Origin: Vicugna vicugna
Lineage: Eukaryota
DNA: 64,000 nucleotides
Reading direction: 5' to 3'
Assembly: GCA_013265495.1 (NCBI GenBank)
Contig: MU058010.1
Span: forward strand, 161,145-225,144
The notes beneath the pieces are model-generated. The model searched no databases, was not told the origin of the DNA, and saw nothing but the letters and a program-made list of their open reading frames with translations. Positions 11,171-24,500 of the stretch are shown piece by piece; position 1 is the stretch's first letter, and each line of letters starts with the position of its first letter. The translations under genes were made by a program, and so were the position numbers.

Positions 11171-13162
11171 TCTGATTTTGAATCTCATATTCTTTTCCTT
11201 ATTTTATGTTAGTTTATGTCTTTGGTTAAAAAATCGTTTCCACTTTGTTAGTGTTCTTCCTCTTGGGTGGCCCCGCCCCCTCTTGGCTTTCAGGGGAGAA
11301 AGTGATGATATATTAAGGAATAACATTTTTCTATGTAACTTTAACTGGTATCTCTAGGTTTTGTTGTAATATTATCTATTTCACCCATAAACTGTCATCA
11401 AACCTCTTAATGGTCCATGACCTACAGATAGAGTTAAATAAAACACTAGCTTCTGTCTTAATTTCTATATTATGTTTGTGCAGTGCTGTCATCTTCTCGT
11501 ATAATTTAAATAAGTTATGCAGAATGCATCCTTTTTTATATCCCATTGATGGTTGGAAAATTCAGACTGCCCTTCAGTACTTTACCCCACCCCTAGAAAA
11601 ATAGGTCTCATCTGCTTGTGTGTGTCTATAAATTAGTGAGTGTGTTAAATCTATCACAGCATGAAATCACTTCAAGCGCTGAAAGACTATCTTAAAGAAT
11701 TTAAATTGATTGCAGATGTTGGTGCAATTAAGCAGGCCTGATGAACTCAGAATCACGTTTCTTAGATTTGAATATGAATGCATTTAAAAAATTATGGTGA
11801 TGTACTCCATGTAAATGGAGTTCTTAGGCATCTGAGAATTTCTATCACCTTATGCTTTGAAATGGTTCAGCAATGTGAGAAGTGATGTGTGACCCCTTAT
11901 GCAGATACCTGTGTTACTTAGAATGAAAATGCGTTATTCATCTTAAGTATGTTGTTCCGTGCCATCCTAAACCAACTAGAACTGACTTTGAATGATTATT
12001 TTCCTTCGTTATTTCATTTGTCTACCAGTTTGTCTACCTTTTGTGCCTGTAATTCATTTGGAAATTATTCTGTAGACAGAGAAGGAAGTAAAATGTTCTT
12101 TCATTCCCATTTTTAAGGAGAAAAAGAGTATAACAAACAAGTTGAATGAATTGGCTTAGATAATAAAAGCATAGGACTTTTTCCCTTGAGGTCAGACCTT
12201 TTGACCAGTAGAACTCTACCTAACTTTAGTTGCTTTGGCTCTAAACTGCTGAAATGTAAAAGTTCTATTTATTACTTTAAAATATAACCTACTGGGTTGC
12301 AAGTTAGAAAGTGAATTCTGAAACAGGACCATAACAAGATTAAGTAGAGTGTACAGTTTGTTCCTTTTCAATTTATTTCAAATTAATCTGTGCACATTAA
12401 GTAATTAAAGACATCAATTTCAGTAACACATGGTAAAATGTTATGGACATTAAGACTTTATTATATATACACTAGTAAGATAAATTACAAAAATGGTGAG
12501 TAATTGTATTTAGATACTATTTTTAAGTACTAGGGATTACTGAAATATTGTAGTGTATAACAATGATTTGAAACAGGAACAAAGAATACATTATTTTTTT
12601 CTGGATGGTGTGAATTAAAACTATGTTCTACAATATTTTATAAGGCTTATTTTACTCATCATGGCAGATTATAATTTGTTTTTAGGAGTTAAGAATCCAG
12701 CTTTGTTACTTGTAACTTTGTGATTTCAGAAAGTTCATTATCCCTAAGATTTAGTGTACTAAATAATAAAATGTAAGGGTCTTTGTATGGGATAGGTAGG
12801 GCAATAAATAAAGTCTCTTAAGTTATCTTTAAGTCTCTTGATAAGTTCAGGTTATCAAAGTTTATACTAAAGTGTTAAAGGGGTTGGACGAATGCTACAG
12901 ATGAAGTATTCTTAAATCTGATTGTACTGGAATAAAAAGTTGCATAAAAATTATTAAAGCTGGCGTCATAAAAGTACATACAGTATTTTTTCCTACTTAG
13001 AACATGAAAATATATGTCAATCTTTGGATATAGAGTCAAGCCTTCTCTTTGAGTAGGAATTGCTCCTACTTTGGTTTTTCCTGCAGAAGACTACTTGTGT
13101 GGCATCAGCTGTGATCACCACTTGTGTGTTTTAATTGGACCAAGAATTTTCACTTGTAAAAA

Positions 13163-13801
13163 TGATGCAGGAAAAAAGGGTGTAGGGCATGAGAAGGGCT
13201 GTTTCCTAGGCTTCGGTTGACCCCCTGAGATGTACCCCGCCAAGTGTGACTCCTTGGCTTTGTGCAGGAAAGAATTCAAGAGTGAGCCACAGTTGAGTAA
13301 AGGTAGATTTATTAGAGAGATACATCGAAAGGCAAGAGAAAGGCCACAAGGTATGGGGGTTGGGTGCTCAGATTAGAGTAAAAGTAGGTACATACTCCAT
13401 ACACAGAGTGCAGGCAGTCTCTGAAGGGGGAGAGAGAGAGAGGGCGGCGGTCGCAAGGCACCATGTTGCCAGTTTTTATGAGCTTGGTGGCTTCACATGC
13501 TAAGAAGTGGAAGGACCAGTCTAATTAGTCTGGGGAAGGGTTGGGATTCCCAGGAAGTAGGCCATTTCCCATTCTTTGACCTTTTGTGGCTATCCTTGGG
13601 ACTGCCATGGTGCCTGTGGGCATGTTATTCACCATGTTAATATGTTACATTGTGTGTATAATGAAGCTCAAGATCAGCTAGAAGTCAGATCTCCCACCAT
13701 CTTGAGCCTCAAGGCCTACTGGGGGTTGAATCTTTCACCATTTTGATGGTAATTGCTGTATCATTCCTTGAATGGCTGTGCCCTGCCCCCTACCTGTCTC
13801 A
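13163..13801 (-). mobile_element. ERV (ERV1-like) solo LTR, about 639 bp
   Basis: TG...CA termini (tgatgcagg ... cctgtctca) flanked by aaaa/aaaa (4-bp TSD). Minus-strand AATAAA at 13308-13313 and a CATAAAAA TATA-like box near 13472-13480. GC content is clearly above the flanks. Confidence 0.85.
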
Positions 13802-14289
13802 AAAACAGTCTTAAGTTTTATGGCATCTGTGTGATTTTTACAGTGTGCCCTTTTCACCTGTCTTGCCCATACCTAATTTGAGAACAAGTTTTTTTAAAGC
13901 AGCTCACCCTAATCTTGTTTTTTCCTAACCATTTTAAATGATCATAGAAACGTCTCTTTTCATTCTCATATATGATTACATTAAACAAGAACAGGTATTA
14001 TCATACTTCATAAACTGTTTGGGGTTTATTTAAAAAAATCAACTCTTGGTATTTACAGAATTCAATTCATAAGAGTAGTTATGTGTTAGCTTACAGCATA
14101 CTTTCAGCAACTATCACTGTATGTTACAGAATAATGGAAAGCCTGATACTGGACGCCTTTCTCTAACACCCTAAAGAACTCACACTTTGGTGAACTTTTT
14201 TTTTTTTTTTCCATTCCTTTCTCTAGTGGGCTCATAGAAATAAAATTTTCTGTAACTTGTTTTATTTTTTACCCTATTTAATTGTTCTG

Positions 14290-14545
14290 CCTTCTGTTAG
14301 AAATGACTGATTGAACCCCAAGTGACTCAGAAAAACAAGAATATATTGACTCAAGCATCTGAGAAGCCCTGGAGTATGCTGGCTTCAGGCAGGCCTGGAT
14401 CTGGGTTCTCAGATGCCTTAAGACTTCAGTCTTCCATTTCTCTCAGTATTGTTCCATTCTGTCTTGGCTACATTCATGCAGGTTCTTTCCATGGTATATC
14501 TGGATGGTTAACAGAAGCTTCTGACTTAACTCCTATATTTTAGGT
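14290..14545 (-). mobile_element. Old MaLR (MLT1K/L-like) fragment
   Basis: tattgactcaagcatctgagaagccctggag...tggcttcaggcaggcctggatctgggttctcagatg is a typical MLT1K-type motif (recalled). Confidence 0.55.
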
Positions 14546-16814
14546 TAGTAGTCTCCAAAAATTTTTGATCACCTACCCTATCAATTTAAAAAAAACTGAT
14601 CGTATATGCCACATATGTTTATTATAAACATGCCCATTGTATTAGTAGTTCATATATAATATACATTAATGTATTAATATTTTACCCTAGCAACAATAGG
14701 AATTAAAAATATCATTACGATATAGATCAAAATATCAATATTTTGCTAGAAAATGTTGTCATATTCACAGATCCATTTGGATTTTCTTTTTTTGTTTAGT
14801 TTTCATCATACTTTAGCTATGCTAGATTCATGAAAGACAGATAAATGTGCCCTTATTTTGCTCAAATATTTTTATACAACCTACAAGTTACTTGATTATT
14901 ATTTTCAAGAATTATGAAACTTTCTGGACTTGGTACCTTTTTAAAGTAAATTTTTAACTTTAAAATTTCTTTTATCTGTTTTCTTCTTAAAATTATACTC
15001 CTGACCCCTCCCCCCATTTTAAATGTCCTTTTAATTTTAAATTACCCATTATATTCTCCCTCTTATAATGGAATCTGTCATACCCGCTCAGGAGTGTTCT
15101 GGGAGCACACAGAAACATGCAGTAACCATTGTTTGTGGGGAACCTGTGTTCCCCAGAGTCCGTGTTACTTCCCTCTTGTCCACATCAACACTTTCTTGTT
15201 TTTGCCTGTACTGATTCCTCTGTTCTTGTACTGCTAACCAGCTCCCACCCTCCGTTTGGCCACATTTAATTTAAGACTCAGTGTGAATGTGCTATTTTGA
15301 CCCCAGCATTACCACCGTCTTTGCCAATTTGGTTAGTGCCTAAGGGCCTGAGAAGATTCCATGTGCCCGAGCTCTGCCTTTGTGTGCTGTACAAGGAGGA
15401 AAAAGACATAAAGACATGCATCGAGGTCATGTGTCATCTGGACAAGGTAGATCCCTTTGTGACAGTATTATCTTTGTGAATTCATGATTGTCCCCACTTG
15501 ATGGATTTTGAAGGCTCACAAGCTTGATTGGTCAGGGTGCTAAGACTCGGTATGTATTTGGTGGGCAGGTATACAATCTAAGCTAATAGAGGCTGATGTG
15601 TTAAATTCCAAATATCACTTTAATAATTCACAATCAGAATGCTATTATTAAGGGGAAAATTTTTGTATTTTCCACTCTCTTTGTAGGCTAGTCTATATAG
15701 GATGGCAGGTGACAAGAGAGTTGCTTACTTGGTTTGTTGCATGATCCACTGTGAAGACAATGGAATGTGTACCCATAGCATCCTGCACTTTTCCTATTTT
15801 AACTGTTCTCGTACTTCATGTAGGTATCCAGTGTGAATTAATGTCATAGACTAGAAGCTCTGTGAAGGCAGGGAATACATGATGCAGCAAAAACTAGATG
15901 ATTGTGTTAATGTGCCTGACACCTCCCTTTACTGGGGAGTCTCAGTGGGACTCTGCAGAGCTTTGCATCTCTAGACACGTATGCAGGTAGCCGTGCTGGC
16001 TACTTCCTCCTGTAGCACATACTCACTATTGTTTGAGTACCCTGAAATTGCTGAGGCCATACTATTTATTGTAATTAAAATAAATTCATTTCATGTTGAG
16101 GTCACACTTGATCTTGTGCACATGTATAATCTCTTGGGTCATTTTAATAGAAGGCTCATTATCTGTTATATTTAGATTTTTCCTAATTTGTTATCTAAAG
16201 TTAATTGTAATTTTAAATATGGGTGTATCTTAACAGTTGGCAAAATGTATCTCCCTTGAGATACACTTCTTACCTGGTTATCTTTTAGAGGAGAATGTGA
16301 CAGGAACTGATGTCTTCATTTTACTTTCTCACTAAGTATTTTTATTTTTAAAGCTTTTGATCTTTATACATTTCCCCCTGCCATTTTTGAAAATTTTCAT
16401 AGGGCACAAAGGCTGTTTAAATAATCAAAATGATTAGAAATTCTAAGATCAACTTGTTTAGTAATCAAGTAACATTCTAAGTGTCATTCATTTATTCAGA
16501 TGCTCAAATTTTTAATTATTAAAATCAAAAATACAACTTAAAAAACTAGAGTATCACTTAATGAGGTGGTCTTCAATATGGAATAATTTCTTACTATCTT
16601 ATTGCTTTGTCTGTTTTTTTTTAAACTGAAAAAGGGATATGATTTCTAAATACTTTTCACATTTAAAGTTCTGTAGAAGGAATGGTTTTTTTTATCAGAT
16701 ATGATTAGAATTCAGATATCATCTTGATACAAAATAAAAATGAAAAATGAAGGAATAGAATGATTGTAAGTAATTATTTACTTTTGTATAAAGCTTATCT
16801 AAAATTAAGAACAA

Positions 16815-16970
16815 GGCAGGGTGGAATAGCTCAATGGTAGAGTATGTACTTAGCATGCATGAGGTCGTGGGTTCAATCTCCAGTACCTCCAATTAAAAAA
16901 AAAATTAATAAACCTAATTACCCCCCCAAAAAACTCGAAATCATAATAAAAGATAAATTAAAAAAGAAAA
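16815..16970 (+). mobile_element. Vic-1-type SINE
   Basis: tagctcaatggtagagtatgtacttagcatgcatgaggtcgtgggttcaatctccagtacctcc...aataaacctaattacccccc, followed by an A-rich tail. Confidence 0.9.
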
Positions 16971-18118
16971 CAGTAAAATCTAAGAATGTGACTAATGGAA
17001 AGTGCACTAAATATATGTATTTAAAAATATAACAATTTTAAGATTTTTTTTTCTTCAAAACTAAGGCATTGTTACAGAAAATCTAGGAATTATAAGGTTA
17101 TCTTAGAGAAAAAAAAATACTACCAACCCATGACAAGGTGTTCAGCTACAATATTAAGGCTGTTTTGATTCTGAGAAAGTCTAAAAAGGAATCATTATAA
17201 CATTAAGACTAAGGTTTCTGAGGCAGAAATGTTAAATGTGACTTCTCCTACTGTGTCAGTGTTTTGGCAGAAGTCCAAAGACTTAAGATAGCAGATGCCA
17301 GAACAGTGTGCCCTGAAAAAAGATTGTGAAACTGACTGTGCTACCATTAGCTCATTCACTTCCATGCTATATAAGATTAGGTTCATAAATACGTAAAAAA
17401 TAGAAGATTGATAGGCTTTCTTTGGAGAGACAGGTGTCAGCTAAGGCATTATCTCCAACACCTTTTTAGGGAGTAGAACCAAATGAGTGGACATTTGGGG
17501 GAATCGCTCAGAAGTTGACTGTATCCCTTCCAATTTAAGGACACAGGGATTGGAAACTGACTATTTGCAAATGGTCAGCTATAAAGGCAAGATGCTACGT
17601 GAGCTGCCTTGGTGGCAGAACGAGGAGAAAAGATTAGAATTATTGTTGGAACAGGTTGAACTTGCACCAGAACATTGAGTGGATATGGACCTCTCAGAAG
17701 GGAGTTGCCTTCGCGTAGTCTTGGAAGGGGCCACCCTCCCATGCAATGAGAGAGTCTGTGAAGGGTGGACTGCCAAGTCTCAGCAAGAGTGTCTCTGAGG
17801 AACCCGCAAACGTATCCCACAGAAGAAGAGGGACTATTTGCATAGCAGCCACATCCAGAGAACAGTGGCATGGCACCGGAGTTCAGTGGTGATGCCTGAT
17901 TCCAGCAGTTTTCTACACCTTAACTTTCTTTCCTCCTTACTCTCTTCAGCCCGGAGGATGCTGGAGGAAACCTGGTGAGGAGGAATGATGGAATTGAAGG
18001 ACAAGGTGAGAAAATAGTGAAGATTCACAGCCCTGTTCAACATTGCAGATTTCCTAGCCTGAGTGAGGACCACCCTGAGGAGAGGGAGGAACTTTAAGTT
18101 AGTTAAGATTGAAGTTTT

Positions 18119-18216
18119 AAAAAAAATACTTATTATTTTTTTTTAAATATGGATTGAACCCAGGACCCTGTGCATGCTGAAAACATGCTCTACCACAGAG
18201 CTATATCCTCCCCACC
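18119..18216 (-). mobile_element. Vic-1-type SINE with 14-bp TSD
   Basis: ggattgaacccaggaccctgtgcatgctg...ctctaccacagagctatatcctcccc, with TSD aagattgaagtttt at 18105-18118 and 18217-18230. Confidence 0.9.
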
Positions 18217-18339
18217 AAGATTGAAGTTTTCATATTAGACCTGTCTCTTCAGAAAGAAAAACTCATCCTTACTAGCCTGGATAAGTTACATGGAATGTAG
18301 AATACTGAAAATAATCTTGCAGTGAGACAGTGTTTTCAA

Positions 18340-19100
18340 GCAAGTTTAAATCCAAGAATTATAAAGGAAAGGATGGGTAATTTGTTAATATAATGATTAA
18401 AAACTTCTGTGTGGTCAGGGACAGGGAGAGGGAGGGTGTAAACATAAAGTTAGAAGAAATAAAAACCTGGAAGAAAGAATTTGCTACATATCACTCATGT
18501 GTAAAGACTGACTATGAATCATTTGAAAGAGCTGAATAACTCAATAGGAAATTTTTTACTTAATATGAGTAGGCATTTTACCCAAGAAAAATACGAACAG
18601 CAAACAGCCACTTGAAAAGATGTTCATTCTATCTCAATATGTAAATTAAATAGGTAGGTAGAGGATTTTTCATCTGTCAAAATAGTAAAGCTAAAAAAGA
18701 GGGTGCTGACAGTAAGTGTTTGGTGAGGGTATAGAAATACAAAGCAATGTAACCTTTTTGGAGTATAATTTGGCAGTATCTATCAAAATAAAAAATTTGC
18801 ATACCCTCCTGATCTAATGATCCCACTATTTTAAACCTATTTTTGTAACAATAGCTTGAATATATAAAGATCTGTATATGAAGTTACCTCTTGTAGTGCT
18901 GGGTAAAATATCAAGAAATTTAAAACAACTGAAATACCTATCAATGGAGAAATGAATAAGGAATTTGTAGCACATTGATGCGTGATCAGTGATATAGCTA
19001 TTAAAATAAATGCGTTATATATGGGGAAAGTTAGCTGATGTAAAAAACAATATAGAAGCGTATGCATGGTACAAACAAATTTTTGTTTAAAGAGAGTTGT
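18340..19100 (+). mobile_element. Old L1M-type 3' remnant (ORF2 end/3' UTR)
   Basis: aggcattttacccaagaaaa...cacttgaaaagatgttcattc...aatttggcagtatctatcaaaa...cataccctcctgatctaatgatcccact matches degraded L1 ORF2 3' motifs. Confidence 0.7.
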
Positions 19101-22100
19101 TGTGTGAGGACATACACACGTGTGTGAATGAGTAGGCACCTGTGTGTCGTTACCCATTTAAAGGACAACTCTTGATGGATTCGGACCAAGCTTGTTAAGA
19201 GCATTCACAGTTGTCATTTTGGTCTAGAATTGGCGAACATGAGGCAGGGCTTCCCGCTTCCTCATATATTTAAACAAAAAGGAGTAGTGGGATTATGGGC
19301 GACCTGGATTTTTATATTTTTGTGTGTTCCTCAAGATCAACAGGTTTTTTTTTTTTTTCCCTTTGACAAAAAGCAAAGAGGATGGTGTGTGGGGCAGAGT
19401 GGGACAACCATCTACCAGATTACGTCAGAATTTTGGATACGGCCAGATGCCTGCTCCTTGGTTGTAGGCTGCGGCAATCCATTCTTTCTTCTGCTATGTG
19501 CAGGAAACTTGGGGAAGCTAATGTGAGGAAGACAAGGTCTCAGGTACATCAAGGAGCTCACAGTTTAGTAGACACAAAATGTATCAGCAGATGAGAAGAG
19601 TGCAGGGGGATACATGACCCTAAGTGCATGGTGAAGTGCTGGATTGTCACCTGCAGCTGCGTGGAGACTGCCTCATGCTCTGCCTTTGAGGGTAAACGGG
19701 GTCACCCTGGGCTCTCACTAGTCTCCTGTCTGGCAGCCCGAGCAAGGCAGCAGGCTGCCCCTCCTGCGGCCTCCTTTATCCAGGTTTTCAGTATTGGTAC
19801 CAAAAACTGTCTTTTTTGGAATAATATTTTCATAGCAGAAACAAAACTCTGATGTTGTTGCTAACAGAGAATACCATTTTGTCTTGTTTACCAAGTCATT
19901 TTGCCATGGTGCAGATGGCCTGATAACACGGACCACATTTCAATTAGGAAAATAAAAACAAATCAGCCTAGCTAATAGTATGCTGTTTGCAAAGCTTTTA
20001 AATGCAACTTGGAATAGCACACCGATTCATTTGACATTCTTGTAGTAAACTGGCACTCATTTAATAATCACTTTTATTTACAGAACTTGCATTTTGGAAA
20101 CATCTGGATAAATCTATGAATAATTCAAATGTTCAGTTTGTGATCATTGCCAAATAGTGTTTATTAAGCATTTTCCTATGTGTGACAATGCTGGATGATA
20201 TAAATATGATAATAAATGAAAAATATAGGAAACCTTGGAGACTTGACTCATAAGAGGTGTATTACTACATTAAAATATATGAAAAGAATTATTTATATTT
20301 GAAGCATTTCATGTGATTTTTCTGTCTCCCTTAGAATTTATTATTACCAAAATTGATTTTTTTTCAATGTGAAAAATTAGAGGGCTAGATCTGATAGCAT
20401 CTAAGTTACTTTCCATTTCTGAAAACTCTTTGATTCCTTCCTTAGTAAGAAATGTTCCTCATTTACAATCCCTGCTTTCAAAAACTTGATGTCTTCATCT
20501 TAATATGTTTTCAGAAGTAATATATAATCATTGCAGGAAACATATATAAGCCAAAAGGAAGAAAATAAAAACCATCCATAATTTCTTCACCAGAGAAAAC
20601 TGTTGTTAGACAATTTTGGTTTCTTTCATTCAGAATGGAAAATGAGGTTGAGGATATTAACCTCAAAAGGTAGTTGTGGAAAGTAAATGAAGTCCTGCAT
20701 GTCACTGCTGCATGTATAGTGTGTGGCAGGTATGTTAGGTAAAGCATCTAGCAATACTAAGGAAAGGTATGTTCTTTATTTTTAAAGAGTCTGCCTGATT
20801 TCTGATATTTTCATTTTTTATTTTAGTAGTGTCCTAATTATGTTCCAACTTCCTTTATTCTGAGACTTGATAGAGACCTTTAGCAACTGTAACTTATTGT
20901 AAGTAGTATAAGATACTCTTTGTAAGAAAAACTTTTTTTGTCTAAGTGTTTTTTTTTGGTATTATCCAGTATCTCATTTCAAAGAAAAATATTCATGTTT
21001 ATATAGATAAAATTTCAGTCTGATAGCATACTTACTTGTAGAGAACAGCAAAAAGTCTATATTTTTTCCTGAAATTCATGAAATTGGCCATGGCATGCCA
21101 GAGATTAGTTCTCAGATTCATAGGTATAAAGACATGATTGAAAACTTCTCAGTGAAGGTAGCTTAGCAATAGAGAGTGGTGATGGAGCCAACGGTGAAAG
21201 CCTCTTGTTAAGTGGATGGAGGAGGAGAAGCCCAGTAACAGATTCTGAGAAGGTGCTACCGCTGTGTCTCCATCTACAGATGTAAGACATACAGCTAGAG
21301 GAGAGTGAGATGGGAGAGTCTGGGAGAGGTTCAGGTGGAAAAATACAAAAAAATTGTTCTGCTTCAGGGAGACTGGCAGAAGGACACTGAGAAGAGACAT
21401 GGATTAGGAGTCATTTGTGAGAGGAACTCTGGGAGAAGGTTTACAAGGGGGCAAGTAACCAAATCTATGAAGGGTTATGAAGCGAATGTGTATTGAGGAA
21501 GAGGGGATAGTGAGTCCACACCACACTTGCCAGTTTTTCAGTGGTGATAGAAAAGAAAGAAGTGATTTACTAGCCTGAAGGGAAGCAGAATTGAGGGAGG
21601 TGTGGGTGAGAGGGTGGGTCTGGTTGAAAGGTTTGTAGAAAAGGAATCACTGCAGAGAGAGAGGGAATAGGTGCTGGGATTAGGCTGATGGGTTAGTGTT
21701 AAAAATTGTAAAAATAAGGAATCATACATGTCCCTCTGGGCAGGGAGTCTGGTAAATTTAGAAGAAAAATGGTTTTCTTGATGGAAGAGAAAAGTTGAGT
21801 GAATTCATGGTGCCTGGTTTCACTATTTTAGTGAATTAAGGGCAAAGTCATGTTTTAAGAGTAGGGCAGAGCTACGTGTAGAGTTTTGAAAGGAGCTAAT
21901 AGGTTTTGAACAGGTATTGAAGGATGGAATATGAGTAAACGTATCTGAAAGCTAGCTTGAGGGACCAGTTGAGTTTCGAAGATATAAACAAATACTAATG
22001 CAGAATAATGGTTCTGAAATTCTCTTTAGTGCAAGAACCTTTTTGTAAAAATGCAGTTTTACATAGCCCTTCCCACTTCCCCATCATATCCCAAAGGTAA

Positions 22101-23849
22101 AAGTGTGTTCTGTTAAGAGTAGAGGACTTTGGAGACCATGGTTAACCATCTTGGGTTCAATTCTGACCACGTCTACAGAAGCCTGGAGTTCCAAGGGATA
22201 CAGTAGAGCCTGTCCTGATAGGGGACAGGTAGAAGGCACGCAGTAAAGGAATATGATCCAGATAAATTAGAACCCTGACTACAGATAGGTCAGAACAATT
22301 TCCATCTCGCAGATGGTACCAATTTAGGTGACCCTGAGGTTAATTCCTGGCCGAGGAGCAGGTGAATACCAGGAGGTCAAGAAAGAAGCTACAGCACACG
22401 CCTAGGAAATCAGCCAAGAAAGAAGCACGTGTACATCTGAGGGGTTGATGTTAAGCAAGGATTCTGGGAGCCAGAAGAGAAGATGAACAAAAACAGGGTA
22501 GTGTATGAGGTGAATATCACATGACTGGCTCCCGTCCTGTTCTTGTTCGCCCATGGGGCCACTGGGTCTGGATAACTGACTGTGGTGTGTGTGTTGGGGA
22601 TGAGGCCTGGGGACTAAAGGCAAATGCTACTTCTGGGTTTGAGTGTGGCTGTTGCTGGGAAGGGGTGTTTGGAGGCTTCCTCAAGATCCCGTTTATCCCA
22701 TTTCATGGGCACTGCAAATAGCACCGGATGCTCCAGTGCGTCCGCTGCCGCCTTCAGGGGTGGCTTCTATAGCTCATAGACGGAGTTACAATCACCCGTC
22801 CGGTTGTGTAAATCCAGTGTGAGCTTTGTTCAAATTTCTAGAGATCTCGAGAGGGGTTCATGGCTCTCTTTTTGCCCGGAGTTGGAGAGGTCCTGTCACA
22901 CGCCCTCCTTGCTGAGTCTGACTTCTCACACCTTTCTTCCAAGCACCAGATGATCTCAACAAGGGGCATTTGAAGCAGCATAATGTTGACATACATTTTG
23001 CCTTATCTGGTTGTTATCAAATGGTTATAAAGCAGTCCAACTTTTTTTCCCCTCATCTTCCTCTGTTAAGAGGAAGAATGTTGGAATTATATATATAGGA
23101 ACAAAGCCTTCAGGAATCTAGATATTAAAATGAGAACAACCATGTAAGATTTTAAGGACTTTCTGAAATTAAGTATTAGCCATTGTATCCATAACTTTCT
23201 AGCCCAGTATCTGGAAGTGAAGCTTACCTCACTTATGGTGTAAAAAGATGGAAAATTCAAAGGCTAAAAATTGTGTGAAATTGTGTGCTAAGAAAAAGAC
23301 ACATTTATCAAATGGAAATTCTTAAGTGTTTTATTACTGTAGTTCTTAGGGGTAATTTAAATAATACTGTCAATTATACATAAATTTCAAGAGCTTTAGC
23401 TATTGTGCATTAAGAAATAATTAGATTCATTTTTCTTAAACTATGTAGTGATATTTCCTTTGTATAAACATGTGGAGACTTAGGCACACTGATGTGGGTA
23501 GTGAGAATGGGAGATAATTTATATAGTACTGATTTTCTGATACTGGCATAAAACCCACAATGTATCAAACTTAGTGATTCATTTGGGTAAGAACATCACA
23601 GTATTAATCAAATTTCTTTTAGTTGTTGCTGATAGAAGCCCAACTTGAACTAACTTGAGCAAAATGACAATTCGTTGACTCTGGAAGGGAAGAGATGACT
23701 AGAATGAAGGTCTTAAGCCAGGACCTTCTCTCTCCTTTCCCTTGGCCTCTGAACATTGGTGTCACCTTCTGACTGCAGAACAGTTTTCTCCCAGAAAGGG
23801 AAACTTGGAAACAGTAAAAGAAAACATAAGCATAATCAACTATGTAAAG

Positions 23850-24500
23850 AAGAAACTGTTTGTATTGCAGACTAAGCATAGGCAAAAGACAATAGATACA
23901 GTAAAATATATTTCTAATGATTTTTATAGAGTTAATGTCTGGATCCTACAGTGAGCTTTCATGAGTTGACTATAAGAAAGAATCCAATAGAGAAATGGGC
24001 TAAGGATCAGAAAAGACAGTTTAAGAAGAACAAATACAAAAAGATAAATGTAAATATTTGTAGTTATGGATAGTCAAAGTAACTTTATACCCATCAGATA
24101 TTTTTACTATTTTAGTGGGAATGTGAGGAAAAATACCTTCATATGTTGTTAATGGAGCTGTAAAATAAGTACAATATTTTTGGAAAGCAACCTGAAATTT
24201 CTTTTAAAAAGTAAAATAAACATGCTCTCTGACCCAGGGGGTTCTACTCCTGGGAGTATGTGACAAGAAACAAAGGGACTGATACATGAGGGCACATGCA
24301 CAAGGATGTGTCCTTTGTTACGATTCTCACTATGTTAAAACCTGGAAACAGAAGGCAATGGCTAAACAAATTGTTATTATCCATACCATGGAGTAGTATG
24401 CCAATATTAAAAAGAACGAATTAGAGTTGTAGTAAATAATTTGAGAAACTTCTGTGAGGTATAAATCAACAGAAAAGCAAGATGCAGAAAATTATGTAAG
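23850..24500 (+). mobile_element. Old L1M-type 3' remnant hosting the younger L1; appears to resume at about 25680-25900
   Basis: aatccaatagagaaatgggctaagga...tttggaaagcaacctg...ctctgacccagggggttctactcctggga...atccataccatggagtagtatg. Confidence 0.7.

Noticed and set aside
17430..18100. GC-richer block with overlapping ORFs as a possible gene or pseudogene
   Set aside because: No translation is recognisable. It loosely resembles an ancient LTR remnant, but I cannot support a family call without a Dfam search.
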